From Pseudomonadota bacterium (GTDB lineage Bacteria > Desulfobacterota > Desulfobacteria > Desulfobacterales > RPRI01), in contig JBDRRF010000103.1 in assembly GCA_043825875.1 (NCBI GenBank), positions 32,001 to 96,000 of the forward strand: DNA of 64,000 nucleotides, given 5' to 3'. The notes below the pieces were generated by a model that searched no databases, was not told the DNA's origin, and saw only the letters and a list, made by a program, of their open reading frames with translations. The translations under genes and the position numbers were made by a program. Each line of letters begins with the position of its first letter. Position 1 is the first letter of the stretch. Shown here in pieces: positions 9,121 through 19,414 of the stretch.

Positions 9121-11003
9121 ACCGGACACAGGAGGAACCTCACGGAGTAATCATGTGTAGATCGAACAGACATACGCATTGTCAAGGCCGGGACACGGGC
9201 ACCATAATCGGGAATTTGCCATCCTTCAAGGCTATTGGGAGTACCTTCGTAAAATTCTACAGCGCCATCTTCCCCAAGCATCATTTCGATCTTTAGCCTA
9301 TATACCCTCCCGGTTTTACCAATCAGAAAATCATCCGAATCGTTTTCCATATTGTTTACAATCGTCCAACCTGGTGCCCAATGAATATAAGATTCGCTGT
9401 TTATAGCCACACCTCTCGGGTTTAATATAGTTTCCAGACTTTCTATTTGATCCCGCTTTATGACTAAATCGCGGCACCATTTTATATCTTTACCAAATCT
9501 TTCAAGTGCATTTGTTCGCCAGGAAATGATTTTATCAAAACCCCTGTCATAAATACCAACCTCACTCCCATGTGATAGATATTCACTGTAGCCGGAAAAA
9601 ATGCCGCGACAATCCGGTATAATAGGAAAACCGTTGATCAGCGTTGTATTGTGCGCCCTTGCAGAAAAGCCGTAAATCCCATAGGCATCTGGGTGATATG
9701 ATATCCGGCCCCTGTCAACAAGAACAGGTCCCTCTGCATCATTAAGCAGGAATCCACCGAAATCCAAGTGTCCATGGGCCGCGGGATATAAACCAAGCAA
9801 TTGTGGCGTATGAATTAAAGCCCTCAACGTGCCACGGGAAGTACGTACCCACTTCCACTGTTTCAAGCCCCCTATCAGTTTCTTTTGTCCGGCTTTTTCT
9901 TTCAATAGAGATGATACCGTGGTGGCATCCCAAAGTTTTTGCCAAGATTCAGGTTCCTGTCTATAATCAGGATGGGGATAAAACCAGGAAACAGGATAAT
10001 CGGGAGATATATCACCAATACATGGAAATGAATCGACTGTATTGTCAAGAGACGTGCCCCCCAAGTATAGACAGCAGGAGATCATCGAAGAGGCCTCCTT
10101 TTCCGCCCACAGGGCGAAATCGGAATCTCCGCTGGCCTTGGCAGCCCACAATACCTCAACTAACGTGCGAGTCAACAAAAGCTGATAATGAGTTGATCCT
10201 TCCAAAAGGGAACCTTCCTCATCGACCAACCGGGGTATGCACTTTTGGAAAAGGATTTTGCCCAAGTGCGCTACCTGCGGGAGGTGCAGGAACCGTCCAC
10301 CAACATATAATGCACGGGCATTATTTAGAATATGATTGTTATACGATTTACCGTAGTACTCCAAGTGTGTCATGATGTGTTTGAGATGCTCAAAGAGAGA
10401 CGCCCCGATCGTTCCCGCCATTTTTGAATCTAAGTTGCGGTGATTCTTTGTGGCACACAAAAACACTAACCAGTTAACCACTCGTTCAGAAACCGAATAA
10501 GTTCTCCAGGCCAGACTGTTCCTCGCCGGACCGACTTTTTCGATCCAATCCAGTATAGTTCTATCGGCGGATAAAAGATCAGCCCGAGAAGGAACTTGGG
10601 ATAACCACCTTAATAACCAGATGAAGCGATGTAATGCAAATGAATTTTCCTCATCCGGTTCATCCTTGAACCAGTCCAAATCTTGCAAACTGGAAGAATA
10701 TGTAGCCAAGGGAATCGGCCAATTCTTTATTTCACAGCCATTTCCCGGTGACCAACCGGTAGTGGGCAGATGATCAATCCAGTCTTCGTTTGGAGAAGAA
10801 GGAATAGAAATTCCTTTGACCTCTTTGCGTATTTCTGCAGGATAGTGATGGAGGCAAGTAGTACGGGAGGGTACTGCATGGAGCCTGTCGCTGATTTTCA
10901 AGGTGATGCGCTCCCAGACGTAAGAGACGACTATCCGCCATAGAAAACAACGTTTAAAGCAGAATCTTAAATAATATTTAATTTCGCTAGAGTTCAGCGC
11001 CAT
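9117..11003 (-). CDS. Heparinase II/III-family protein
   Basis: LEYY...NNHILNNARAL, EGSTHYQ, HGHLDFGGF, VDRG, ARAHNT. Confidence 0.8.
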   Translation of the reverse strand: MALNSSEIKYYLRFCFKRCFLWRIVVSYVWERITLKISDRLHAVPSRTTCLHHYPAEIRKEVKGISIPSSPNEDWIDHLPTTGWSPGNGCEIKNWPIPLATYSSSLQDLDWFKDEPDEENSFALHRFIWLLRWLSQVPSRADLLSADRTILDWIEKVGPARNSLAWRTYSVSERVVNWLVFLCATKNHRNLDSKMAGTIGASLFEHLKHIMTHLEYYGKSYNNHILNNARALYVGGRFLHLPQVAHLGKILFQKCIPRLVDEEGSLLEGSTHYQLLLTRTLVEVLWAAKASGDSDFALWAEKEASSMISCCLYLGGTSLDNTVDSFPCIGDISPDYPVSWFYPHPDYRQEPESWQKLWDATTVSSLLKEKAGQKKLIGGLKQWKWVRTSRGTLRALIHTPQLLGLYPAAHGHLDFGGFLLNDAEGPVLVDRGRISYHPDAYGIYGFSARAHNTTLINGFPIIPDCRGIFSGYSEYLSHGSEVGIYDRGFDKIISWRTNALERFGKDIKWCRDLVIKRDQIESLETILNPRGVAINSESYIHWAPGWTIVNNMENDSDDFLIGKTGRVYRLKIEMMLGEDGAVEFYEGTPNSLEGWQIPDYGARVPALTMRMSVRSTHDYSVRFLLCPV

Positions 11004-11006
11004 ATG

Positions 11007-12824
11007 TCAGAGCTCACTTAGACGTATCCCATCCGGGCGGGAAGAGGGTTTTTGCACAAATTGAAACCAGAGTTCCAGATTCAGCAAAATCCACAAAGCC
11101 CAAACCCACTCTTTCTTTAAGCGCAAAAAAAACTTCAACCGACGAAGAGATCGTTTGTCAATTATCCCTTGTTTCATCAACTCTCCTCGCTCAAGCAAAT
11201 CAAGCGCGTTTTTCATAAGTGGACGCTGAGCCCAAGAATTAATGGGAGCACCAAATCCATCCTTGCGGCGTCGAAGGATGTCGTCAGGCAAATATTGTCC
11301 CATAGCCTTTTTAAATATGATCTTCTGATCGGCTCCCATTATTTTATATGCCGAAGGCAGGCCCAAGACAAACTCTACAATTCTGTGATCCAATAAGGGA
11401 ACCCGTGCTTCCAACGATGCAGCCATACTCATCTTATCGGTAAGTAAAAGCACATCATCTTGTAACCAATACTTTAAATCCATAGCCATTTGAGCATTCA
11501 GTTCATCTCCGGACGGAATCTTGGAATAATATCCCAAAAAATCCCCGGAAGTTCCTGATTGGTACGACGGTAAAACTAAAGCCCACGGAAAGTTGAAAGC
11601 TCTGCCTGTATAAACTCCCGCATGCTTATGCCATAAATCAGAAGTCATAAGCTGCCGTAGCACCCGTTTGAAAAGGGGATAGGAATAATACCAACCATAT
11701 CCGGCAAACAGCTCATCTCCACCCGCACCTGTTAGTATAACCTTTGCTTTCTGTCTCGCAAAGCTTGAGATAACATAAGTGGGCACATAAGCACCGTCCG
11801 CATTTGGCTCTTCCATATGCCAAACCAGAAGAGGAAGTAACCGGTCAAAATCATCATAGGAGACTGAGGTTTCATGATGGGCACAGCCGTACCGTTCCGC
11901 CACATCTTTAGCGAAAGGTCTCTCATCCATTTTCTCTGGAGCATCCTCCCAGAATACTGTAAATGTATCCATATCCAGCGATTCACTGACGTTGGACAGG
12001 GCAACTACAGCAGAGGAGTCCAGGCCGCCACTTAGAAATGCACCAACCGGAACATCGCTGCGAAGCTGCAAACGACAAGCATCTTTCAAGAGATATTGAA
12101 GATGCTCTGATGCATCCTCAAAAGACATTTTTCCAGCAGGATCATTTTCCAGAAATGTGTTTATATCCCAGTATGTTTTAAATCGTAGGATTCCTTCTTC
12201 CAGGATTGCCATTGTCCCAGATTCCAGTTTCTTTATTTCTTCAAAACCTGTTTTTGGAGATGGGACGAAAAGCAAATTAAGATATGCACTGATAGCCTGC
12301 CAATCCGGGGTACGATTGATCCATGGACAGAGTAAAAGGGGTTTGATTTCCGAGGCAAACGCCAGATTTTTGCCATCCCAAGAATAGTAAAGGGGTTTTA
12401 TACCAATCCTGTCTCGAACCAAAATTAACCGGTTTATAGAAACATCGTAGAGGGCCAGACCGAACATACCGTTCACATCTTTTAAAAAATCCAGCCCATG
12501 CTCCTCATATAGATGAACCAGAACTTCAACATCACTTTTTGTGCGGAAAAGATGTCCCTTCTTTGTTAATTTACCGCGTAGTTCCAAATAATTATAAATT
12601 TCACCATTGCATGCAATCCATACAGTATTCTCTTCATTTGATAGCGGTTGATGCCCTCCTTCAAGATCAATGATGCTGAGACGACGCATTCCAAAGTTAA
12701 CACGGTCGGCATTATTAACATAATAACCTGCATCATCAGGCCCTCTATGAGATAAAGCATTTCCCATCTGGCATAGGAGTCCATAAACTTCATCCTTACC
12801 AATATAACCGAAAATGCCGCACAT
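11007..12824 (-). CDS. asnB: Asparagine synthase (glutamine-hydrolysing)-like amidotransferase, glycan-associated
   Basis: MCGIFG N-terminal Cys, HRGPDD, RRLSIIDL, NGEIYN, LSGGLDSS, GAGGDELFAGY. Confidence 0.92.
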   Translation of the reverse strand: MCGIFGYIGKDEVYGLLCQMGNALSHRGPDDAGYYVNNADRVNFGMRRLSIIDLEGGHQPLSNEENTVWIACNGEIYNYLELRGKLTKKGHLFRTKSDVEVLVHLYEEHGLDFLKDVNGMFGLALYDVSINRLILVRDRIGIKPLYYSWDGKNLAFASEIKPLLLCPWINRTPDWQAISAYLNLLFVPSPKTGFEEIKKLESGTMAILEEGILRFKTYWDINTFLENDPAGKMSFEDASEHLQYLLKDACRLQLRSDVPVGAFLSGGLDSSAVVALSNVSESLDMDTFTVFWEDAPEKMDERPFAKDVAERYGCAHHETSVSYDDFDRLLPLLVWHMEEPNADGAYVPTYVISSFARQKAKVILTGAGGDELFAGYGWYYSYPLFKRVLRQLMTSDLWHKHAGVYTGRAFNFPWALVLPSYQSGTSGDFLGYYSKIPSGDELNAQMAMDLKYWLQDDVLLLTDKMSMAASLEARVPLLDHRIVEFVLGLPSAYKIMGADQKIIFKKAMGQYLPDDILRRRKDGFGAPINSWAQRPLMKNALDLLERGELMKQGIIDKRSLRRLKFFLRLKKEWVWALWILLNLELWFQFVQKPSSRPDGIRLSEL

Positions 12825-12839
12825 TATATAATTATGATC

Positions 12840-12929
12840 CTAATTATTTTGGAAAACCTTTAGTAAAACCTGCCAACCGAGAAGTTTTTCCTGTCTGCAA
12901 ATTGCCCGTGCTTTCATATTCTCATAAAT
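12840..12929 (-). pseudogene. 3' remnant of a paralog of the 28706..30520 membrane protein
   Basis: Translates IYENMKARAICRQEKLLGWQVLLKVFQNN*; aligns without gaps to IYKNLNPKPIPRLESVLGWNILLRAL (11/26 identical by hand). Confidence 0.6.
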
Positions 12930-13002
12930 AGGTACCTAACAGTTCATGCCAGATAAATTGCAGCTGCTTCCACCTTCATTCCTATTTCAAAGATCATGAA
13001 CA

Positions 13003-14874
13003 TTATGGCAAATCTGAAGCCAGCAAACACTTCCACCGGGGCAATTCAGAATCAAGGAAAAAGAATTCATTATGATCGATTGTGTCTTCTGAATCTTGGA
13101 TAGCTGCTTGTAATGATTCTGACAGCTCTTCAGGAGTACTGAAAAAGCGTACTTTCGGCTGACCACGGAGTGGATTGAAATTAAGTGTTGTATCATCAAG
13201 CATCACCACAACCGGCACCCCTGCGACATAGGCATCCACCGAAGCTGACGTTGAGTTACTGGCACAGGCAACATCACAATCCGGAAGAATTTCCCCCAGA
13301 TGATCCACCACAACCTTTAAATTCAGAGAGGGGAAGTCTTTAGCTTCAACTAAGTAGCTGGGATGCGGTTTAACAATATAGCTATATCGACCCGGGTTAA
13401 TTAGCGCAGATTTCTCTATCAATTTCAGGAGGTTTATGGTTGCTGTAGGGTCGTAATCGCCTAGCACGAGAACTTTAGGCATTTCATGATGCTTAGGTTT
13501 TAATCGATTTGCAGAAAGAAAGTTATTAAGGTATCCGTAACGGAGAGCCTCCGCTTCAACTACCGTATTCATAGGGTAGTTTACACTATGATAAGCATCT
13601 ACAGCAGCTTTGCCGTTCAGTACCGTAAGATCCGGTTGCGGTAGCGGGTGCGAATCTGATGATTGTATGGTACGCGGGTCACTAAAGTAACGTAAGTCCC
13701 AAAATCGCACCGTTGAGTGCGGTATACCGATCAACTGACCATGACCATGTTTGCGCCACATATAAATCAGAGCCCGCTCCCAAGATTGATTTTCGCAAAG
13801 ATAAAATCCCCTTTTCTGATGTGGAAGATGCTTCATTGCCTGGTCAAATAGTTCAATCCAAAACAGATTCATAATGGCGTCCGGTCCACAAAGGGAAGTC
13901 TTCCAATCCCTTCGCATGAGAGGCCACATCGAGACGTGAGAACTCTGCGGGTGGAATGCCTCCTCCGGCATGCCCAGCCGCCAAGTAACCCAGTTCAACC
14001 ATAGCCAACGCATCAGGATGCGCCAGATGACCCGTAGGGAAAGGTACGCATCGAGAAAAGTGTGAAATCCTTCCTCCTCACGGATGCGGTTGAATCGCTG
14101 TACCCAATCGATGGCAATCCCGGTATCCGGCACGACGCTGCTTTGCAGATAGTGCTGTATCCAGTTTGTGCGAAACCCTCTTTTATGCAGCAGCCTCGGC
14201 AGGTCTCCCCATAGGGAGGACTGGTATCTGCCATTGGCACATGAAGCCTGTTCAAGATGGATAAAGTAAGAACAAAAAAACAGGGCCTGGTCGCCCCCAA
14301 ACCAATCCGTATCAGACAGTCTTCTGAACGGCCACCGGTCTAACAAATACCGGAAAAGGCTAATGACCGCCCGGACCGGTTGTGGCAGTAATTGATAAAT
14401 GCTTCTGAGGTTCAGACGATGGGATTGGGCACGTGTCCTCTCCCACTCGTATGCGATTCCTAAACTCTTACACAGACTGCAAATTGCCTTATGCAGGTCC
14501 CGGTTAGCGCTCAGCAAGCACAATCGCTTAGGTTTATTCTCTTTAAGAATCTCTTCCAGGGCCAACAGGCGGATCGCTGCAGAGATCGGCGATTTATAGG
14601 AACTTTTCTCCACAAAAAGCGACAACCACCAGAAACTCAGTCCGTTATCTAAGACAAAGTAATCGATCAGGCGCTTGCCATGAATCCGACTATTTCCAAG
14701 GTCATGGATCCACGACAGATAATTGTTTCGTAAACGGGACCCGTGGTCATCGGCATACCGTAGCAAGGAATGGATGGTTCCGGTTTCCTCATAGCCGCTC
14801 CACCGATAAATCAGCACTGCCTGATCGGGGGGCGGATCAGCGGAATCCCAAATTTTTATTAATGACAGGGGCAA
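13003..14874 (-). CDS. Surface carbohydrate biosynthesis protein (TIGR04326-like), putative GT-B transferase
   Basis: SFWWLSLFVEKS, YLCENQSWERAL, HSTVRFWDLRYF, EALRY, KPHP, NSTSASVDAY. Confidence 0.7.
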   Translation of the reverse strand: MPLSLIKIWDSADPPPDQAVLIYRWSGYEETGTIHSLLRYADDHGSRLRNNYLSWIHDLGNSRIHGKRLIDYFVLDNGLSFWWLSLFVEKSSYKSPISAAIRLLALEEILKENKPKRLCLLSANRDLHKAICSLCKSLGIAYEWERTRAQSHRLNLRSIYQLLPQPVRAVISLFRYLLDRWPFRRLSDTDWFGGDQALFFCSYFIHLEQASCANGRYQSSLWGDLPRLLHKRGFRTNWIQHYLQSSVVPDTGIAIDWVQRFNRIREEEGFHTFLDAYLSLRVIWRILMRWLWLNWVTWRLGMPEEAFHPQSSHVSMWPLMRRDWKTSLCGPDAIMNLFWIELFDQAMKHLPHQKRGFYLCENQSWERALIYMWRKHGHGQLIGIPHSTVRFWDLRYFSDPRTIQSSDSHPLPQPDLTVLNGKAAVDAYHSVNYPMNTVVEAEALRYGYLNNFLSANRLKPKHHEMPKVLVLGDYDPTATINLLKLIEKSALINPGRYSYIVKPHPSYLVEAKDFPSLNLKVVVDHLGEILPDCDVACASNSTSASVDAYVAGVPVVVMLDDTTLNFNPLRGQPKVRFFSTPEELSESLQAAIQDSEDTIDHNEFFFLDSELPRWKCLLASDLP

Positions 14875-14962
14875 GACGCACTCACCATCGTTTACACCAT
14901 AAAAATGATTATAGAATAATATCTTCTGAAAACAGATGAGTCTTTAATCGAAGAGGATGACC

Positions 14963-16051
14963 TTACGTCTGTCGATGGATATTTGACAGAAGCATAGTGT
15001 TGAAGTACGCTTGAAGGGTATCCCTGAATACATCGTCCATCATGATGCGCTGCTTGGTCAAACGCCCGGGCCCTTCAGGAAGAATACACACCAGATCGCT
15101 TCCGATATTTTTCTTGTCCTTCGAAAGAAATCGAATGTAAGTCTCCATGTCAAAATGGCCCCAGTCATAATCGGGGAAATTTCTCATTAGTAGAGGATGA
15201 ACCCAGTCAAACATCCGACGGTCCATGATTCCCTGCTGCAACGACAGATAATTCGCTATATCCATGCCAACGGTAACGGCTTGTCCGTGCTTGATAGCAT
15301 AATCCGTTAGCGACTCCAATGCATGACCGAACGTATGGCCGTAATTGAATTTATTTCGCTCACCTCGATCAAACTCATCACTTTCAATCACCGACTTCTT
15401 GATCTTTAGGCTTTCCTGGATGTGTTTGATAAGGCAGTTCCGGTTTCTGATTACCAGTTCGTAATCAGAAAGCAGCTCATCAAAAAGAGGACTCGCAGAA
15501 TAAAGATAATAGTGCAGTATCTCGCCAATGCCCGATTTAATATCATCGACGGCAAGTGACTTAAGAAAAGTTGTATCGATAAAAATATCAGCCGGGGGAT
15601 AAAAATTACCGACGATGTTCTTTTTATCGCCAAGGTTTATGGACGTCTTGCCTCCAATACAACTATCGGCCTGCGACAGAAGCGTTGTCGGGAAAAAGGT
15701 CCAGTCCACACCTCTGTATAGGATCGATGCCGTAAAAGCCGTGATATCCTGGATGACCCCGCCGCCAATGGCGATGAGACGGTCATTTCTTCGAAATTTT
15801 GCTTCAACAAGCGTCTCTATGATCTCCTGACACTTGTTGATAGTCTTGTTTCGCTCGTTAGCCTTGATGACAAGAATGCGGTCTTGTGGCACGACAGAGC
15901 TAATTCGGGTGCCATAGATCTCAAGTATCAAAGAATCAATGATAAAAAAAGCGCCCTGGTCGGCGTATTCCTGCAGAAGAATAACAAAGTCTTCAACAAA
16001 TAAAACCCTATAGTCTTTTATCCGAGATTTGATCAAGATATCATCATGCAT
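14963..16051 (-). CDS. AroB/3-dehydroquinate-synthase-related sugar-phosphate cyclase
   Basis: GGGVIQD, PTTLLSQADSCIGGKT, KN, NYGHTFGHALE, HGQAV, DKK; likely start ATG 16051. Confidence 0.85.
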   Translation of the reverse strand: MHDDILIKSRIKDYRVLFVEDFVILLQEYADQGAFFIIDSLILEIYGTRISSVVPQDRILVIKANERNKTINKCQEIIETLVEAKFRRNDRLIAIGGGVIQDITAFTASILYRGVDWTFFPTTLLSQADSCIGGKTSINLGDKKNIVGNFYPPADIFIDTTFLKSLAVDDIKSGIGEILHYYLYSASPLFDELLSDYELVIRNRNCLIKHIQESLKIKKSVIESDEFDRGERNKFNYGHTFGHALESLTDYAIKHGQAVTVGMDIANYLSLQQGIMDRRMFDWVHPLLMRNFPDYDWGHFDMETYIRFLSKDKKNIGSDLVCILPEGPGRLTKQRIMMDDVFRDTLQAYFNTMLLSNIHRQT

Positions 16052-16793
16052 TGACAACCCCCCCGTCAACGATAATGTTCTGTCCTGTCATATAGGTATT
16101 GAGGTCACTTACTATAAAAAGGACTACTCGTGAGATCTCATCGGGCGAGGCAAGACGTCCCAAAGGAACTTTCAATGCCATCTCCTGCATCCCTTTCTCG
16201 CCAAGAATACGCCGTGTGAGGTCTGTGGAGACAAACCCGGGGGAAACTGTGTTTACAAGAATATTGTACTTCGCTAGATCCAAAGCTGTTGCGGCAGTAA
16301 GTCCTCTAACTCCAAACTTCGTGACAGAGTATGCCGCCCGTTTCTCTTTACTGATGACGCCAAAAATGGAACCAATGTTAACAATACGACCGTAACTATG
16401 TTTTTTCATGACCCGGCTGACTGCGCGTGTCACCAGAAACGGAGCATCGAGGTTGACGCGAAGAACGTCCAGCCAATCTGTTTCTTGTATTTCATCGATG
16501 GGGTTGATCCGGTTGATACCGGCATTATTGATACAAATATCAATACGATCATAGACTTCAATTTCTCGGAAAAATTTTTTTACGCTCTCAGCGTTCATGA
16601 AATCAACGGCATGCCAGTGGCGGGGCGATTTCCGACGGCGTCCAGCTTGGTTCAGTTTAGCAATCTCCTCTGGGTTGGTCCCGGTCAGGATTAATTCGGC
16701 ACCTAGCCTTCCCATATCATCGGCAATTTGTTTACCGATGCCCCGTGTCGCCCCGGTGACAAGAGCTATTCGTCCTTTAAAACTTATTTGCAT
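16044..16793 (-). CDS. Classical SDR oxidoreductase (FabG-like)
   Basis: TGATRGIG, NNAGI, YSVTK, VSPG, GQNIIVDGG. Confidence 0.88.
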   Translation of the reverse strand: MQISFKGRIALVTGATRGIGKQIADDMGRLGAELILTGTNPEEIAKLNQAGRRRKSPRHWHAVDFMNAESVKKFFREIEVYDRIDICINNAGINRINPIDEIQETDWLDVLRVNLDAPFLVTRAVSRVMKKHSYGRIVNIGSIFGVISKEKRAAYSVTKFGVRGLTAATALDLAKYNILVNTVSPGFVSTDLTRRILGEKGMQEMALKVPLGRLASPDEISRVVLFIVSDLNTYMTGQNIIVDGGVVNA

Positions 16794-16805
16794 GATATTA
16801 ATTTC

Positions 16806-17717
16806 TCATTTCTGCAAGACCTTCAACAAATTACTGACAGCCTCATTTTCCATGTTTTGCCGACATTCGGCAGTATAAGAACCGATGTGAGGCGTAAGGA
16901 CAACATTTTCATAACTGCAAAGAAGTCCTTCGTAAGGTTCTTTTTCAAAGGTATCGAGCCACGCCCCAGCGACAATCCCTTTATCGAGGGCATTTATGAG
17001 GGCTTTTTCCGATATGATGCTTCCCCTTGCGGCATTAAGAAGCAGTGTGCCGCTCTTCATAAGTGAGAAGGCTGCTGCATCGAAAAGACATTCGTCGCCG
17101 CTGGTGTGGATGGTAATGATATCGGCCTGTGAAAGCGCTTCTTCCATCGGCAATAGTGGACAAGGTAAGGTAAGCGATTTAACCAGGAAAGGATCAACAG
17201 CAATTAGTTGCGCCCGGAAGGGTGCCAGCAATTCCGCCACGCGCCGCCCGATGCGGCCAAAGCCGATAATGGCAATGGTCTTGCCTTCGATCTGCCCCCC
17301 TATTTTTCTTACCCATTTCCGATCATGAAGGGCTTGATGTGATTGCGGAAGCCAACGGAGCAGGGTGACAAGCGCACCCACCGTCAACTCAGCTACAGCG
17401 CTAGTGGGACCATCAGGCGTATTGAAAACCGCTATATTCAGTTCTTTTGCCGCTTCAATATCCACATTGTTCATGCCCGCACCAACCCTGGAAATACATT
17501 TCAAATGTGACTGTGAAAGCACATCGCGATCCAGCGGTTCCAACCCGGCCAAAATGCCTACAACATCTTCTTTCAGGAGCGTGTGCAATTCTTCCCTAGT
17601 CATTTTTCTTTTGAAGCGGTTGTCTATAACAGTGAAACCAGCCGCTAAAAGCCTATCCAAAGGTTTTTTGTCTGATTCGGCAAAGGATGATGGGCCGATG
17701 AGAATCTTTGATGTCAT
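16806..17717 (-). CDS. D-2-hydroxyacid dehydrogenase (phosphoglycerate-dehydrogenase-like, no ACT domain)
   Basis: SRVGAGMNNVD, VAEL, GFGRIG, NAARG, LDTFEKEP, TPHIGS. Confidence 0.88.
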   Translation of the reverse strand: MTSKILIGPSSFAESDKKPLDRLLAAGFTVIDNRFKRKMTREELHTLLKEDVVGILAGLEPLDRDVLSQSHLKCISRVGAGMNNVDIEAAKELNIAVFNTPDGPTSAVAELTVGALVTLLRWLPQSHQALHDRKWVRKIGGQIEGKTIAIIGFGRIGRRVAELLAPFRAQLIAVDPFLVKSLTLPCPLLPMEEALSQADIITIHTSGDECLFDAAAFSLMKSGTLLLNAARGSIISEKALINALDKGIVAGAWLDTFEKEPYEGLLCSYENVVLTPHIGSYTAECRQNMENEAVSNLLKVLQK

Positions 17718-17746
17718 TTCTGGTAACGCTCCATATTATCCGATAT

Positions 17747-18358
17747 TTATTTCAGCTTTAACTGAAACCAATGGGCCAGAATGTGGTTAAGAACGAGATG
17801 AGCATCCTCCACCGGACCATATTCTCCAGATTCCGATTTCACATGAACAACAACGTCAGAAATTTCCTTTAATTTGCCGCCCGTAAACCCGACAAAACCT
17901 ATGACGCATCCGCCTTGCTTCTTTACCCATTCCGCTGCTAAAACAACGTTGGGAGAATTACCGCTTGCGGAGATAGCTAAGAACTTATCTCCTTGGCGAT
18001 AGTGGATCTTCAGTTGATTCAAGAAAACATACTCATACCCAACATCATTGGCGATTGCCGTCAACACTGATGTGTTGTCGTTCAAGGCAAAAACCCGGAA
18101 AGGTTTTTTCGTACCGGTCTTCTTAATCACATCGAAGCCGAGATCATTGGCCATACTTGTTGCCGTGGTGGCGGATCCGCCATTACCGGCAATAAAGATT
18201 GTGTTCCCGTTCAGCTGCGCCTCTTCAAATGTTGCCACCAAAGAATCGATAGCTTTTGCGTCTATGGCGTCCAGGACTTGCTTTAAATAATTAAAATATC
18301 CTTTGGCAAATTCTCCCGGGCTTATTGATTGATGGGCTAACTGATCGACATGGTTCAT
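17747..18358 (-). CDS. SIS-domain sugar-phosphate isomerase (GmhA-like)
   Basis: AGNGGSA, TAIANDVGY, ISASGNSPNV, VEDAHL. Confidence 0.85.
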   Translation of the reverse strand: MNHVDQLAHQSISPGEFAKGYFNYLKQVLDAIDAKAIDSLVATFEEAQLNGNTIFIAGNGGSATTATSMANDLGFDVIKKTGTKKPFRVFALNDNTSVLTAIANDVGYEYVFLNQLKIHYRQGDKFLAISASGNSPNVVLAAEWVKKQGGCVIGFVGFTGGKLKEISDVVVHVKSESGEYGPVEDAHLVLNHILAHWFQLKLK

Positions 18359-18381
18359 TCTGTGTTTATCTCCTGACTTTT

Positions 18382-19410
18382 TTATATTTTTATATTAAAG
18401 GCTTCTTGCCACGACTGATCGGCACAATAAATCCGATAAACCATTTCCATAACCTTCAGGGCATCTGAGCTGTTGCCGTTATCGACACTTTTATTCTGAA
18501 TGATGACATCTGCAAATTCATTAATCTCATCCCGCCACGAGTTGTCTTCTAAATACAAATTGGTTATTTCGTGAAAAGAACCTTTATCAGATCCATTATT
18601 CCTCGGAACGATTTTTAATTTTTCCTCGCCATAACTTTTCGAGCCGGATAAAATCCCAGTCAACTCAATCAAGGCCTCCCGCAACGTTATCTCCAATCTG
18701 AATTTATGTTGCCACTGCGTCGCCGTTGAATGGATCATGGCCACACAACCATTATTACTTCTCATGATCGCATAGGCATTGTCTTCCACATCATGCCGCC
18801 AATAATCGTTGGAAACAAAACTCTTGATCTCTTCGAAATCCCCGGCAAAGTAGCGTATCATATCCAGCATATGAATGCCCTGGTCAAGCAGGATACCGCC
18901 GCCGGCATATTTTCTTTCGGAACGCCAACCGGAATCGAAGGGAATGATGCTGCTTTTACCATAAATTCCCCGAATATTGATAATCTCTCCATATTGCTTT
19001 GAATCGATAATCTTTTTTGCTTCTGCCACAGAGGCATGGTACCTGTGATTAAAACCATATTTAAGTTTCAATCCCGCGTTTTTAACCTCTACATTGATTA
19101 CGTCTTTGATATCCTGGACACTGCGCCCCGGCGGTTTTTCACAAAAGACATGCAAGCCCTTCTCCAAACCGTCGATGGTGGCTTCTGCAGCAAGATAATT
19201 GGGCAGGCTCACGAAGAGGACATCAAGATTCTGTTCAAAAAGTTTGTGGTATTTATCAAAACAAGACACTCCATCCGGTAGAACTCCATCACCTGCAAAA
19301 CTCACATCACTCACGGCAACCGTGGTTAAATATGGATTTGCGTCAATGAAGGCCTTTCGCCTCTTGCCAACCACACCGTAACCGGCTATTCCTACCTTTA
19401 ATTTTTCCAT
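18382..19410 (-). CDS. Gfo/Idh/MocA oxidoreductase
   Basis: GIAGYGVVG, CEKPPG, GFNHRY, GGGILLDQGIHMLD. Confidence 0.9.
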   Translation of the reverse strand: MEKLKVGIAGYGVVGKRRKAFIDANPYLTTVAVSDVSFAGDGVLPDGVSCFDKYHKLFEQNLDVLFVSLPNYLAAEATIDGLEKGLHVFCEKPPGRSVQDIKDVINVEVKNAGLKLKYGFNHRYHASVAEAKKIIDSKQYGEIINIRGIYGKSSIIPFDSGWRSERKYAGGGILLDQGIHMLDMIRYFAGDFEEIKSFVSNDYWRHDVEDNAYAIMRSNNGCVAMIHSTATQWQHKFRLEITLREALIELTGILSGSKSYGEEKLKIVPRNNGSDKGSFHEITNLYLEDNSWRDEINEFADVIIQNKSVDNGNSSDALKVMEMVYRIYCADQSWQEAFNIKI

Positions 19411-19414
19411 TTTT

